64,000 nt of DNA from the human T2T-CHM13v2.0 reference genome, Homo sapiens: NCBI RefSeq assembly GCF_009914755.1, contig NC_060935.1; one strand, 5' to 3'. Of the stretch, positions 27,801-41,977 are shown in pieces. Positions within the stretch are counted from its first letter, which is position 1. Each line of letters opens with the position of its first letter. Position numbers and translations under genes: made by a program. Under the pieces are notes generated by a model. That model made no database searches. It was not told the origin of the DNA and was given only the letters and a program-made list of their open reading frames with translations.

Positions 27801-30271
27801 TAAAGGGACTTAAAAGGTAGCTTGTTTTTTAAAAAATACGTTAGACTTCTAGCCTACTTCTGTCATGTAAGATGCTGCCTGGCCCCTGTAGCCACTGAAG
27901 ATTTTGACTCCCTCTCAAGGTTATACAGATACAAAATGGCAGAGCCAGAATGCAAAGCCCCGTCTGAAGATTTTGCCCTTTCAGACCTTTTGCCCATTTT
28001 TAAATCAAATTATTAGATTTTTTCCCCATAGAGTTGTTTGAGCTCCTTACATATTCTGGTTATTCATCCTTTGTCAGATGGGTAGTTTGCAAATATTTTC
28101 TCCCTTTATGTGGGTTGTCTCTTCACTTTGTTGATTGTTTCCCTTTTCCGTAAAGAGGTTTTTTAACTTTATGTAATCCCATTTATCCGTTTTTACTTTG
28201 GTTGCCTATGCTTGTAGGGTAGTACTCAAGAAATATTTGCTCAGTCTAATGTCCCTAGAGAGTTTCCCCAATGTTTTCTTTTAGTAGTTTAATAGTTTGA
28301 GGTTTTAGGCTTAAGTCTTTAATGCATTTTGATTTGATTATTGTATATGGCAAGAGATAGGGGTCTAGTTTCATTCTTCTGCATCTGCTGGTCCAGTTTT
28401 CCCAGCATCGTTTATTGAAGAGACTGTCCTTTCTTTCCCAAATGCATGTTCCTGGCACCTTCATAGAAAATGAGTTTCCTGTAGATGTATGAATTTGTTC
28501 TTGTGTTCTCTATTCTGTTCCATTGGTCTATGTGTCTGTTTTTATGCCAGTGCCATGCCATTTGGGTTACTATAGCTCTGTAGTATAATTTGAAGTCAGG
28601 TAATGTGATTCCTCCAGTTTTCTTTTTGCTCAGGATAGCTTTGGCTATTCTGGGTCTTTTGTAATTCCATATAAAGTTTAGGATTTTTTTTTCTATTTCT
28701 GTGAAGAGGGTCATTGGTATTTTTTATAGGAGTTACTACATTGAATTTGTAGATTGCTTTGGGTAGTGTGGACATTTTAACAATATTAATTCTTCCAATC
28801 CATGAATGTGGAATGTTTTTCCATTTGTGTGTGTTTGTCCTCTTCACATTCTTTTATCAATGTTTTCAAGTTTTCTGTATAGAGATCTTTCACTTTTTTG
28901 GTTAATTCCTAAGTATTTTCTTTTTGTATCTGATGTAAATGAAATTACTTTCTTGATTTCTTTTTCAGATCGTTCATTGTTGGTGTACAGAAATGCTGTT
29001 TTTTTTTTTGTATCCTACAAGTTTACTGAATTTGTTTATCAGTTCTAATCTTTTTGTGGATCCTTTAGGTTTTTCCAAATATAAGATTATATCATCTGTA
29101 AACAAGGATAATTTGACTTAATCCTTTCCAAATTGTATATCGTTTGTTTCTTTCTCTTGTCTAATTGCTGTAGCTAGGACTTACAGTACTATGTTGAATA
29201 ACAGTGGTGAAGGTGAACATCCTTCTCATGTTCCAGATACTGGAGCAAAAGCTTTCAGTTTTTTCCCATTCAGTACTATGATAGCTATGGGTCTTTCATA
29301 CATGGCTTTTATTGTGTTGAGATAAATGTTCCTTCTATCCCTAGTTATTTGAGGGTTTTTATCATGAAGGGATGTTGAATTTGATCAAATTATTTTCAGC
29401 ATCAAGTGAAGTGATTGTATAATTTTTTCCTTCATTCTGTTGATATGATGTATCACATTGGTTGATTTGTGTATGCTGAACCATCTGTGCATACTTGGGA
29501 TAAATTTCATTTGGTCATGATGAATGATCTTTTTAATGTATTGCTGAATTTAGTTTGCTAGTATTTTGTTGAGGATTTTTTGCAACAATGTTCATCAGTG
29601 ATATTGGCCTGTAATTTTCTTTATTTTTTTACATGTCTTTGGTTTTGGTATTAGGGTAATGCTGCCCTGATATAATGAGTTTGGAAAAATTCCCTCCTCT
29701 ATTTTTCAGGATAGTTTGAGTAGGATTGGTATTAGTTTTTTTTAAAATGTTTGGCAAAATTCAGCAGTGAAGCCATTGGATCCTGGACTTTTCTCTGCTG
29801 GGAGATTTTTCATTACATCTTGTATCTCATTACATATCATTGGTCTGTTCATATTTTGGGTTTCTTCATGGTTCAATCTTGGGAGGTTGTATCTGTCTAG
29901 GAATTTATCCATTTCTTCTAGGTTTTCAAATTTATTGGCATATAGCAGCCTCTAATGATCCTTTGAATTTCTGTAGTATCAGTTGTAATGTCTCCTATTT
30001 CGTCTCTGATTTTATTTGTTATCTCTTTTTTCTCAATTAATCTGGCTAAAGATTTGTCAGTTTTGTTTATCCTTTCAAAAACGAACTTCTTCTTTCATTG
30101 ATCTTTTGTATTGTTTCTTCGTTTCAATTTCATTGGTTTCTGCTCTGACCTTTATTATTTCTTTACATCTACTAACTTTGAGTTTGGTTTGGTCTTGCTT
30201 TTCTAGTTCTTTAAGATGCATCATTAAGTTGTTTATTTGAAATTTTTCTATTTTTTTCTTTTGATGTTGGT

Positions 30272-30710
30272 TTTGATGGTTAATACTGAGTGTCAACTTG
30301 ATTGGATTGAAAGATTCAAAGTATTGATCCTGGGTGTGTCTATGAGGGTGTTGCCAAAGGAGATTAACATTAGAGTCAGTGGGGTGGCAAAGGCAGACCC
30401 ACCCTTAATCTGGGTGGGCACAGTCTAATCAGCTGCCAGCATGGCTAGAATATGAGCAGGCAGAAAAATGTGAAAAGAGAGACTGGCCTAGCCTCCCAGC
30501 CTACATCTTTCTCTTGTGCTGGATGCTTCCTGCCCTCGAACATCGGACTCCCAGTTTCTTCAGCTTTGGAACTCGGACTGACTCTCCTTGCTCCTTAGCC
30601 TGCAGACAGCCTATTGTGATACCTGATGATTGTGTGAGTTAATATTTAATAAACATATATATATATATATTCCATTAGTTCTGCCCCTCTAGAGAACCCT
30701 TACTAATACA
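30272..30710 (+). mobile_element. MLT2A2 solo LTR (HERV-L)
   Basis: 'tgatggttaatactgagtgtcaacttgattggattgaa' … 'ctctagagaacccttactaataca'; 5-bp TSD ttggt (30267-30271 / 30711-30715). Confidence 0.92.
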
Positions 30711-30729
30711 TTGGTGCTTATAGCTATAA

Positions 30730-31176
<447 letters not shown>

Positions 31177-32108
31177 TAGTTTCCATAATTCCTCTTGTTA
31201 CTGATTTCTAATTTTTTTCCATCTTGGGAAGAGAAGATACTTCATGTTATTTCAGCTTTTTTGAATGTTTTAAGACTTGTTTTGTTGTCTGTTATATAGT
31301 CTACCCTTAAGAATTATCCATGTGCTGAGGAGAAGCATATGTATTCTGCAGCCTTTGGATGAAATGTTCTGTAAAAATCTATTAGGTCTATTTGGTCTAT
31401 AGAGCAGACTAAGTCCAATGTTTTCTTTGTTGATTTCTATCTGAATGATCTGTCTGAAAGTACGGTGTTCAAGTCTTCAATTATTATTTTATTGAGATCT
31501 CTCTTTGTTTTTAGGTCTAATAATATTTGCTTTACACATCTGGGTGTTCCAGTGTTGGGTGCATGTATATTTACAATTGTTATATTCTCTTGCTTAATCT
31601 TTATCATTATATAATAAACTTCTTTGTCTTTTTTATAGTTTTTGCCTTAAAATGTATTTTATCTGATATAACTATAGCTGCTCCTGTTCTTTTCTGGTTT
31701 CCATTGGCATGGAATATCTTTTTCCATTCCTTTATTTTCAGTCTATGTGTGTCTTTATAGGTGAAGTGTGTTTCTTGTAGGCAACAGATTGTTGGGTCTT
31801 GGTTTTTGTTTGCTTCTGTTTTTGTTTTTACAACTCAGCCAGACACTTCATGTCTTTTGAATAAAGAGTTTAGTCCATTCACATTCAATGTTAATGATAA
31901 ATAAGCATCATTAACTGTGTTCCTGCCATTTGTTATTTATTTTCTAGTTGTTTTGTGCTATTCTCTTTCATCTTTCTTTTTTTCCTGTCTTCCTTTTAGT
32001 GAAGGTGGTTTTCTCTGGTGGTATGTTTTAATTTCTTGCTTTTAATTTTTTGTGTGTATCTGCTGTGTTTTTAGATTTGCAAATAATGTCTTATAACCCA
32101 TTATTTTA

Positions 32109-32393
32109 TTTTAATTATTATTATTTTTTGAGATGGAGTCTCGCTCTATTACCCAGGCTGGGGTGCAGTGGTGAGATCTTGGCTCGCTGCAGGCTCCGCC
32201 TCCCAGGTTCATGCCTCCCGAGCAGCTGGGACTACAGGTGCCCACCACCATGCCCAGCTAATTTTTTGTATTTTTAGTAGAGATGGCATTTCACCGTGTT
32301 AGCCAGGATGGTCTTGATCTCCTGACCTCGTGATCCACCTGCCTTGGCCTCCCAAAGTGCTGGGATTACAGGCGTGAGCCACCGTGCCTGGCC
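32109..32393 (-). mobile_element. AluY with a short internal deletion
   Basis: 'caccgtgttagccaggatggtcttgatctcctgacctcgtgatcc'; TSD aacccattatttta / aacgcattatttta. Confidence 0.93.
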
Positions 32394-32842
32394 AACGCAT
32401 TATTTTAAGCTGATCACAACTTAACACCGAGTACATAAACAAACAAGCAAATGAAAAGTAATAAAAACTGCACTTTAACTTCATCCTCTCACTTTTTATC
32501 TTGCTTTGTTTTATTTATATCTTATCGTACTGTTTCTGTTTTGAAAAGTTGTTATAGTTATTAGTTTTGCTTGGTTCATGTTTTTGTCTTTCTACTTAAA
32601 TTATAAGTAGTTTACTGACCACAATTCCAATATTATAATATCCTGTGTTTTTTTGTGTACTTACTAATACCAGAGAGTTTTGTACCTTCAGTGATTACTT
32701 ACTGCTTATTAATGTCCTTTTTTTTTTTTTTTATCAGATTGAAGAACTCCCTTTAGCATTTCTTATAGGACAGTTCTGGTGCTTATGAAGTCCCTCAGTG
32801 TTTATCTGGGAAAGCCATTATTTCTCCTTCATGTGTGAAGCA

Positions 32843-32844
<2 letters not shown>

Positions 32845-32876
<32 letters not shown>

Positions 32877-32885
32877 TGTTTGTGT
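32845..32885. repeat. (TG)n microsatellite
   Basis: About 14 pure TG units plus degenerate copies. Confidence 0.9.
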
Positions 32886-35816
32886 TTGCCAGATATACTA
32901 TTCCAGAATAAAAGATTTTTTCCTTCAACACTTTAAATATGTCATACTTCTGTCTCGTGGCCAGTAAGGTTTCCACTGAAAAGTCTGCTGCCAGATGTAT
33001 TGGAGCTCCATTGTATGTTTGTTTCTTTTCTCTTGTTGCCTTTAGGATCCTTTCTTTATCCTTGACCTTTGGGGGTTTGATTACTAAATGCCTTGAGGTT
33101 GTCTTCTTTCAGTTAAATTTGCTTGGTGTTCTGTAACCTTCTTGTACTTAAATATTGACAACTTCCTCTAGATTTGGGAAGCTCCTTGTTATTATCCCTT
33201 TGAGTAAACTTTCTCCCCCTACCTTTCTCTTTACCTCCCCTTTAAGGCCAATAACTCATAGATTTGCCCTTTCGAAGCTATTTTCTAGATCTTGTAGGTG
33301 TGCTTCATAGTGTTTTATTTATTTATTTATTTATTTGTCTCCTCTGGCTCTGTCTTTTCAAATACCCTGTCTTCAAGTTCACTAATTGTTTCTTCTCCTT
33401 GATCAATTCTGCTATTAAAATACTTTGATGCATTCTTCAGTATGTTAATTAAATTTTTCAACTCCAGAATTTCTGTTTGATTCTTATTTCAATCTTTGTT
33501 AAATTAATCTGATAGGATTCTGAATTCCTTCTCTGCGTTATCTTCAATTTCTTTGACTTTCCTTAAAACAACTATTTCGAATTCTGTCTGCAAGGTCACA
33601 TATCTCTATCACTCTGGGTTTGATCCTTGGTGCATTATTTAGTTTTTTTTTTTTTTGTTGGGGTCATGTTTTCATGGATGGTCCTGATGCTTGTGATTAT
33701 TCCTCAGTTCCTGGGCATTGAAGGTATTTATTGTAGTCTTCACAGTCTGGGCTTGATTGTACCTATGCTTTTGTGAAGGCTTTCCAGGTATTTGAAGGGA
33801 CTTGGGTGTTGTGATCTATGTTTTTGTTCACTGTAGCTGAATCTGCATTAGGAGGCACCCTAAACCCAGTAATGCTTTAGTTCTTGCAGACTCATAGAGG
33901 TACCACCTTGGTGGTTTTGGATGAGATCTGGAGAATTCTCTGGATTGCCAGGCTGAGACTCTTGTTCTCTTCCCTTATTTTCTCCCCCAAAAAACAGAGT
34001 CTCTCTCTCTCTGTTCTGAGGCTGTGGGTGGGGAGACACAGCACCCTGTGGTCACCACCACTGGGACTATGTTGAGTCAGAATGAAGCCAGCACAACACT
34101 GGGTCTTGCCCAAGGCCTACTATAACCGCTACCTGTCTGCTGCCTATGTTTGCTGAAGGCCCTAGGGCTCTGCATTCAGCAGGTGGTGCAGCCAGCCAGG
34201 TTTGTGTTCTTCCCTTCTGTGCAGCAAGTTCCCCTGGGCCCTGGGTGGGTCCAGAGATTCCATCTGGGAGCCAGGGCCTGGAGTCAGAAACCTTAGAAAT
34301 CTACCTAGTGCATTATCTACCTGTGACTGAGCTGGCACCCATAATGTAAGACAAAGAATCGTCCCAGTTTTCCTTCCCCTTTTCCCAGGTGGAGGAATCT
34401 TTTCCTCTGTCCACCACCACCACAGGCCCATGGAAGTAGTGCCAGGCTACCACTGATGTTCCCTTAAGGCCCAAAGTCTCTTCAGTCAGCTTGTGGTAAA
34501 TGCTGCTTGGCCTGGGACTCATCCTTCAGGGCAATGGGCTTCTCTCTGGCCCAGCTTAGTTCCAGAAATGCCATCTAAGAGCCACAGCCTGGAATTGGGG
34601 ACCCCAATAGCCTGCTTGGTGCTCTATCCCACTGTGGCCAAGCTGGTACCTAAGCTGTAAGACAAAATCCTTTTTACTCTTTCCTCTGCTTTTCTCAAGT
34701 AGTAGGAGTCTCTCCTCATAGCTGTGAATGTGCTGGGTCATGCCTGAAGCCAGCATGTCTCAGAGTCTCATCCAAGGCTCATCCAGGGTCCGTGGGCTCT
34801 TTAGTCAGCAGGTGATGAATACTGCCTGGATTCGGTCCTTTATTTCAAGTCAGCAGGTTCCCCTCTGGCCCAAGGTATATCTAGAAATGTCATCTGCGAG
34901 CTAGGGCCTGGAATGGGGGCCTCAGGACTCTGCCTGGTGTCCTATCCTACTGTGACTGAGCTGGTATCCAAGTTGCAAGACAAAGTCCTCTTCACTCTTC
35001 CATTTCCTCTCCTGAAGCAGAAGGAAGCAGTCTTTCTTGGAGCTGTGAGCTGCACTGCCTGGGGTTGGGGGAGGGCTGGTGCAAGCACTCCCTTGGCCAC
35101 ACTAGCTGGTGTCTAACTAGGTCACATGGCCCCCAGGTTAGCTGGCTCTGAGTGCAGCACAGTATTAGGACTTGCCTACGAGTTGCAGTCCTTGTGGCTT
35201 AGACTGCCTTTCAGGTTTATTTAGGAACCCAGAGACTTTAACCCATGGTGGTGAGGCTTGCTGAAACTCAGATTCTGACCATTGGGATTGGGGATTCCCT
35301 TCTAGCTAGAGCTTGACTAAATGCTCTCACTGTGGGCATTGGCTGAATTCTGCCCGTTGGCAGCGCTGAGTTCCAATGCAAAGTCCCACAATCATTGTAC
35401 TCCCTCTCTCCTTAGTGCACAGATTCTTTTTGCTATGTGGCTGCTGCTGGGGGCTGAGGGAGGGATGGGGTCAGCAATTCAAGACTGTCTTTCCTACCTT
35501 CTTCAGTGCCTCTTTCAGTGATATGAAGTTAAAACCAGGTACTGTGATTGGTCACCTGATTTTGGGTTTTTATAAAGATGCTTTTTTGTGTGTGTGTAGA
35601 TAGCTATTAAATTTGGTGTTACTGCAGGGAAGATAATTGTTGTAGGCTTCTATTCGGTCATCTTGCTTCACCTCCTCCTGAAGAATTTGAAATAGGATTG
35701 GAAGGGCACTTGGAGATTTTTACCAGTGAATAGGGGTTTGGGTGTTGGTGAAGTGTTTTTGTTTAAGTAGTTTTATTATTGATATTCTAACTGAATCAAC
35801 AAATATTTTTAAAATC

Positions 35817-38800
35817 CTTTTTAAAAAAGTATGGTTGGCACATAATTGTACATATTTACGGGGTACAATGTGATGTTTCGATATATGTATACATTATGTA
35901 ATTATCAAACCAGGGTGATTAGCATATCAATCATCTTAAACATTTATAATTTCTTTGTGATGAGAACATTCAAAAACCTCTTCTAGCTATTTTGAAATAT
36001 ACAATACATTATTGTTAAGTTTAGTTATCCAACTATAAAATAGAACACCGGAACTTGTTCTTCGTATCTAGTTGTAGCTTTGTAAAAGTTGACCAATCTC
36101 TTTCCCTCTCTCCTTGCTTCCTCCTTTTCCCATAATCTGGTAACCACTCTTCTACTCTCTACTTCTCTGTGAACAGCTTTTTAGATTCTACATGTAAGTG
36201 AGATCATGCTGTATTTGTCTCTGTCTACCAGGCTTATTTCACTTAATGTCTTTCAGGTTCCTCTAAGTTGCCACAAATGACAGAATTTTATTCTTTTTTT
36301 ATGGTTGAATACTATTCCATTGTGTGTATATACCACATATTTTAAACACATTTATTCATTGATGGACATTTATACTGATTCCATATCTTGGCTATTGTGA
36401 ATAATGCTATATGGGAGTGCAGATATCTCTTTGACATACTGATTTCATTTCCTTTGTATATGTACTCAGTAGCGGGATTGCCGGATCATATGGTAGTTCT
36501 ATTTTTAGTTTTTTGAGGAACCTCCATACTGTTTTCCATGATGGCTGTACTAATTTGCATTCCCACCAGTAGTGTGTGAGGATTCCTTTTTCTCCACATC
36601 CTTGCCAGCACTTGCTATCTTTTAATTTTTTGAGAGTATCCATTGTATCTCATTGTAGTTTTAATTTGTATTTCCCTGATGATTAGTGATGTCAAGCTCT
36701 TTTTTTTTTCATATATCTGTTAGCCATTTGTATGCAAATTTGAGAAATGTCTACTCAGGTCTTTTGCCTATTTGTTAACTGGGCTTTAAAACATTTTTCA
36801 TTTATTTTATTTATTTTTATTTTTCCATAAGTTATTGGGGTACAGGTGGTATTTGGTTACATGAGTAAGTTCTTTAGTGGTGATTTGTGAGATTTTGGTG
36901 CACCCATTACCTGAGCAGTATACACTGCACCATATTTGCTGTCTTTTATCCCTCACCCCCTCTCACTCGTCTCCCCAAGTCCGCAAAGTCCATTGTATTA
37001 TTCTTATGCCTTTGCATCCTCATAGCTTAGCTCCCACATATCAGTGAGAACGTATGATGTTTGGTTTTCCATTCTGAGTTACTTTACTTAGAATAATAGT
37101 CTCCAATCTCATCCAGATCACTGCAAATGCTGTTAATTCATTCCTTTTTATGGCTGAGTAATATTCCATAATATATATACCATAGTTTCTTTATCCATTT
37201 GTTGATTGATGGGCATTTGGGTTGGTTCCATGATTTTGCAATTGCTAATTGTGCTGCTATAAACATGCATGTGCAAGTTTCTATTTTGTATAATGACCTC
37301 TTTTCCTCTGGGTAGATACCCAGTAGTGGGATTGCTGGATCAAATGGTAGTTCTACTTTTAGTTCTTTAAGGAATCTCCACACTCTTTTCTATAGCAGCA
37401 TTACTAGTTTCCATTCCCACCAGCACTGTAGAAGTAACTGGGTTTTTTTTTTAAATGAGTTTTTGTAGTTTCTTATATATTTTTTATATTAACCCCTTAT
37501 CAGATGTATAGTTTGCAAATATATTCTTTCATTTTATAGGCTCTTTGCTCTGTTGATTGTTTCCTTTGATGTGCAGAAGGCTTTAGTTTGATACAATCCT
37601 ATTTGTCTGTTTGCTTTTATTGATTATGCTTTTGAGCTTTTATCCAAAAAATCCTTGCCTTGACCACTGTCATGGAGATTTCTCACGTGTTTTCTTTTAG
37701 TAGTTTCATAGTTTGGGTCTTCTGTCTTTGGCCCATTTTGAGTTAGTTATTGTATACGTTAAGAAATAACGGTCTAATTTTATTATTTTGCATTTGGGTA
37801 TCCAGTTTTTCCAGCATCATTTATTGAAGAGACTGTCCTGTCTCCATTGTGTTTACTCAACACCTTTGTTTCAAATCCTTTTCCATTGTTGCATGTCTGT
37901 TTTTATGCCAGTATCATGTTGTTTTGGTTATCATATCTTTGTAGTATGTTTTGAAGTGAGGTAGTGTGATGCCTCTAGCTTTCTTTTTGCTCAAGATTGT
38001 TTTGGCTATTTGAGATTTTTTGAGGTTCCATATTAATTTTAGGATTTTTTTTTCTATGTCTGTGAAGAATGTCCTTAGTATTTTGATAGGGATTGCATGG
38101 AATCTGTAGATTACTTTAAGTAGTATGGACATTTAAACAATATTAAGTCTTCCAATTAATGAAATTTGTCCTTCCATTTTTTTGTGTCCTTTTCAATTTC
38201 TGTCATCAATGTTTTATAGTTTTCATTGTAGAGTTCTTTTACCCCCTTGGTTAACTTTTCTTCTGGGTAATATTTTTGGTAGTTATTGTAAATTGGATTG
38301 CTTTCTTGATTTCTTTTTCAAATAATCAATTATTGGCATATGGAAGTGTTACTAATTTTGCCTGTTGATTTTATAGCCTGAGACCTTATCAAATTTATTA
38401 GTTCTTATAGTTTTTGTGGTGATGTCTCTGAGGTTTTATATAATATATATAAAATTATGTTGTCTGCAAACAAGGACAATTTAATTTTCTCTGTTTTAGC
38501 TTGGATGCTCTTTATTTCTTTATTTTGCCTTATTATTTAGGCTAGGACTTCCAGTAATATGTTCAACAAAAGTGGTGATAGATTGTCCAGATTATCTTGT
38601 TCCAGATTGTAGAGAGAAAGCTTTCTGCTTTTCCTCATTGTGTATGATATTAGCTGTGAATTTGTTATATATGACCTTTATTATGTTGAGGTATATACCT
38701 TCTATACCTAATTTGTTGAGAATTTTCAACATAAAGGAGTGTTAAATGTTATAAAACACGTTTTCTGCATCTATTGAGATGATCATATTTTTTTTTCCTC

Positions 38801-39140
38801 CATTCTGCTCATGTGCTGCATTATGCTTATTGTGTTTCACATGGTGAACCATCCTTGCATCCCTGGGATGAATCCTACTTGATAATGGTGAAGGATCTTT
38901 TTTGATGTACTGTTGCACTCTCTTTGACAGTATTTTGTTGAGAATTTTTGTGTCTATATTCATCAGGGATATGGGTCTGTAGTTTATGTTATTGTTTTTG
39001 CTTTTGTTATTTTGTATATGTGTATCCTTTTCTGGCTTTGTCAGTGTAATGCTGGCCTCATAGAATGAGTTTGGAAGAATTCCCTCTAATTCAGTTTTTT
39101 AAAAAATATTTTGACATGAATTGGTATTAATTCTTCTTTA
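35817..39140 (-). mobile_element. 5'-truncated L1MA (MA4-6-like), split by an L1PB fragment
   Basis: 3' UTR 'attgtacatatttacggggtacaatgtgatgtttcg'; ORF2 peptides [31 protein letters not shown]. Confidence 0.88.
36788..37434 (-). mobile_element. L1PB1-like 3' fragment
   Basis: 'ccataagttattggggtacaggtggtatttggttacatgagtaagttctttagtggtgatttgtgag'; TSD taactgggcttt / taactgggtttt. Confidence 0.88.
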
Positions 39141-39315
39141 TACAGTAAAGCAACATGCTAAGATGGTTATTTTTAGAGAGAGCTCTTAGGTAGTTGTGCA
39201 AATAATTAATTTAGCATGCTGGCATTTATGTTGTTAATTAAAGGAGGAGGTCAGTTCAGAAATCATGGTTTGGATTAGGTACTCTTCAAATTGTACCTAA
39301 AAGAAATAGCAGAGG

Positions 39316-39595
39316 GGCCGGGCGCGGTGGCTCACGCCTGTAATCCCAGCACTTTGGGAGGCCGAGGCGGGCGGATCACGAGGTCAGGAGATCGAGACCA
39401 TCCTGGCTAACACGGTGAAACCCCGTCTCTACTAAAAATACAAAAAATTAGCCGGGCGAGGTGGCGGGCGCCTGTAGTCCCAGCTACTCGGGAGGCTGAG
39501 GCAGGAGAATGGCGTGAACCCCAGGGGGCGGAGCCTGCAGTGAGCCGGGATTGCGCCACTGCACTCCAGCCTGGGCGACAGCGAGACTCCGTCTC

Positions 39596-39624
<29 letters not shown>
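39316..39624 (+). mobile_element. Very young AluY, AluYe-lineage (Ye5-like)
   Basis: Nearly all CpGs intact; diagnostics ggcgAggtgg, aacccc..ggggcggagcCtgc, gacagcgagac; pure A29 run; perfect 17-bp TSD aaaagaaatagcagagg. Confidence 0.95.
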
Positions 39625-39626
<2 letters not shown>

Positions 39627-40524
39627 AATAGCAGAGGAAAGAGATGGAACTAGCTGAAAGCTAAATTGATTCCATGTATCACACCTTCAAAACAGAGCTT
39701 ATTTTTGAAGCTTCATTATATTGTTTTCCGCAGGTTACTCCAAGGACATTTCATTTTTCTTATGACCATGGGTGACCATATTTTCTAAAGTCAGAGTCTG
39801 GGGAACATATACTCTGATAAATAATTTTAGGCTGACGTTAGAGATAATTCTTAATCCAGAAGATTGGGTTTAGTCTCTGAAATCATGGAATCCTTGGGAT
39901 GTGTTGTTCACTAACTGGAAAATAGGACAATACATTATCCTAGAATAACTTTCCTTGAAAGTCTGTATAGTCATTGTAGGTTTAGCAGAATTGGCCCTGT
40001 AGAAATAGTTAGTAGATATACATGATGAGTTTGAAGAGGACGTGATAAAAAAAACCATTGCTGGCTCATTTGTCTCTTTTAGTTCTGCTCCGATTTGATT
40101 CTGGGTACTCAGCTCTCAGCTTTGGGAATATGGAATAATTTATCTCTTTCTGAGTATTATATATTCAGTGTCTTGAGTTTATCTTGATTCAAACCAACAA
40201 GAGGTGGGAATGCTCCTTAGCTATTTCCAGCATTCAAAACATGATTATGTATTTGTTAAAAAGAGAAAATGAATTCATTTTGTGCCCTTTTACTCCAGCA
40301 TTGTTCACAGATGAATCTTGAGCTAAAAACTGGAGCTGTTGGTCTGTGTACCCTTAAGTGGTATCAGCTTTCAGGGTGAATTTGCACTTCTCTTGAGACA
40401 TAATGAAAAGGGAAGTGAATTTGATTGATCCTTAGTATCTATTAATAATTTTACCTTCATTCTCTAATTTTGTCTTTATCACAACCAAGATATGTAGGTA
40501 TTTTTTAAAATTTCAACTTTTATT

Positions 40525-40869
<345 letters not shown>

Positions 40870-41587
40870 TAAAATTTCAACATTTATTTTAGGTTCATGG
40901 TCTATATGTGCAGGTGTGCTACATTGGCATATTGTGTGATGCTGAGGTTTGGAGTACAACTGATCCTGTCACCCAGGTGCTGAGCACAGTACCTACTAGG
41001 AAGTTTTTCAGCCCTTGCCTCCACCCTCCCACCGCTCTAAATAGTCCCCACTATCTATTGTTCTCATCTTTGTGTCCATATGTACCCAATGTTCGGCTCC
41101 CACTTATAAGTGAGAACATGCAGTGTTTGGTTTTCTATTCTTGTGTTAATTCACTTAGGATAACGTCCTTCAGCTACGTCCATGTTGCTATAAAGGACGT
41201 AATTTCATTCTTTTTTTTATGTCTGCGTAGTATTCCGTGGCGTTTATGTACCACATTTTCTTTATCCAGTCCACTGTTGGTGGGCACCTAGATTGATTCT
41301 ATGTCTTTGCTGTTGTGACTAGTGCTGTAATAAACTTGTGAGCTCATGTGTCTTTTTGTTAGAAAGATTTGTTTTTGTTTGGATATATACCCAGTAAAGG
41401 GATTGCTGAGTCAAATGGTAGTTCTGTTTTAGGTTTTTTGAGAAATCGCCAAACTGCTTTACACAGTGACTGAACTGATTTACATTCTTTACGTTCTCAC
41501 CAGTAGTGTGTAAATGTTCTCTTTTCTCTACAACCTTGCCAGCATCTATTATTTTTTTGACTTTTTAATAGTGGCCATTCTGATTAG

Positions 41588-41977
<390 letters not shown>

